64,000 bases of DNA, from assembly GCA_041496545.1 (NCBI GenBank), contig JBGQET010000008.1:7543-71542 (forward strand), written 5' to 3'. The DNA comes from Candidatus Binatia bacterium. Lineage in GTDB: Bacteria; Desulfobacterota; Binatia; DP-6. Of this stretch, positions 63,607-64,000 are shown one piece after another; the stretch's first letter is position 1, and each line of letters starts with the position of its first letter. The position numbers and the translations under genes were made by a program. Below the pieces are notes generated by a model. The model made no database searches, was not told where the DNA came from, and saw nothing but the letters and a program-made list of their open reading frames with translations.

Positions 63607-64000
63607 TCAGCGGTCCGCACTCCCGTCTGCCGCGTCCCACCAGCGCGACAGCCGCCCGTGCGGCGGCGCCGGGGCGCCCGCGTAGTGCGAGACGTCGTTG
63701 AAGAGCATGAGACGTGCGTGCGCGGGGCCCCTGAACTCGAGGATGTTGAGGCAGCACGGCAGCTGGTCGAGGCGGTCGCGGTAGCCGCGCGCGTCGAAGC
63801 CGAGCAGGCTGCTCACCAGCAGCCGGATCGTCGCCTTGTGGGAGACGACGAGCACGCGGGCGCCGGCGTGCCGGCGGACGATGTCGTGGAGCACGGGGAG
63901 CGCGCGCGCCATGACGCCGATGCCCGTCTCGCCTCCCTCCGGCGCGCAGGTGAGCGGGTCGGCTTCCCAGGCGGCGTACTCCGCGGCGTAGCGCTCTTCC
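63607..64000 (-). CDS. histidine phosphatase (phosphoglycerate-mutase-like) family protein, 5' end outside the window
   Basis: ..PEGGETGIGVMARALPVLHDIV...VLVVSHKATIRLLVSSLLG. The reading frame stays open to the window edge. Confidence 0.8.
   Translation of the reverse strand, partial: EERYAAEYAAWEADPLTCAPEGGETGIGVMARALPVLHDIVRRHAGARVLVVSHKATIRLLVSSLLGFDARGYRDRLDQLPCCLNILEFRGPAHARLMLFNDVSHYAGAPAPPHGRLSRWWDAADGSADR

Noticed and set aside
1-64000. Many very long ORFs in the track, for example 1..2430, 797..2221, 3008..4708, 3070..5946, 15412..18411, 20543..23803, 36447..42098 and 42245..44953. This also covers the upstream extensions of real genes, such as 35316..36578, 36887..42412 and 50483..53170.
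   Set aside because: They are Arg/Pro/Ala/Gly-rich, lack recognisable motifs, and lie antisense or out of frame to genes with clear family signatures. This is typical stop-codon-poor alternative-frame behaviour in very GC-rich DNA.

Overview
This is a 64-kb bacterial chromosomal segment that looks very GC-rich (roughly 70% by eye, not computed). It is densely coding, with about 45 genes. I found no rRNA, tRNA, CRISPR array, transposase or integrase. Most of the long Arg/Pro/Ala-rich ORFs in the six-frame track are antisense or out-of-frame artefacts of the high GC content. The taxon cannot be determined from here; the gene content would fit an uncultured Myxococcota- or Binatota-like lineage, but that is only a guess.

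Content from left to right:
- 0-10 kb: a LuxR/GAF regulator and a secreted beta-propeller-like protein. Next comes a minus-strand operon of an ABC-2 permease, a cNMP-binding protein, an SDR and an APH-like kinase. It is divergent from a fusion of a cNMP domain, a ParA-like domain and a patatin domain. A PlsC-type acyltransferase and an ABC ATPase follow.
- 10-14.6 kb: a same-strand cluster of a membrane-anchored tetraheme cytochrome c, a HAMP-only membrane protein, a small outer-membrane barrel candidate, a MotA/MotB stator pair and a secreted PHM/DBH-like copper monooxygenase.
- 14.7-20.9 kb: a mosaic of broken genes. These are a dehydrogenase with an internal deletion, a glycogen debranching enzyme without its normal start, msrP and methyltransferase remnants joined tail to tail, an ACT fragment and a 5'-truncated VOC gene.
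- 20.9-31.2 kb: a GH63-like glucosidase and an SGNH hydrolase. Next is an envelope-stress block of a LolA-like protein, an FtsX-type permease, a CpxP-like protein, an anti-sigma factor and an ECF sigma factor. A Cys-rich secreted gene with a CxxCH motif, interrupted by two compensating frameshifts, follows.
- 31.3-44.8 kb: a translationally coupled operon of a 1760-aa secreted repeat protein, a thioester alpha-2-macroglobulin and PBP1C.
- 45-50 kb: a second patatin, an enoyl-CoA hydratase, a low-GC islet carrying an RHH/RelE toxin-antitoxin pair, and a class-A beta-lactamase-fold hydrolase.
- 50.1-56.4 kb: a coupled three-gene operon of a signal-peptide-bearing PEP-utiliser/ATP-grasp enzyme and two paralogous proteins with an L,D-transpeptidase-like SHGC motif.
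- 56.4-64 kb: a membrane protein, two tandem ATP/ADP-translocase-like (TLC) genes with the second fused to HEAT repeats and a cNMP domain, a P450 and a partial histidine phosphatase.

The best candidates for undescribed systems are the 50.1-56.4 kb operon, the extended alpha-2-macroglobulin operon and the non-flagellar MotAB cluster. All functional calls come from motif recognition by eye. No database searches were run.
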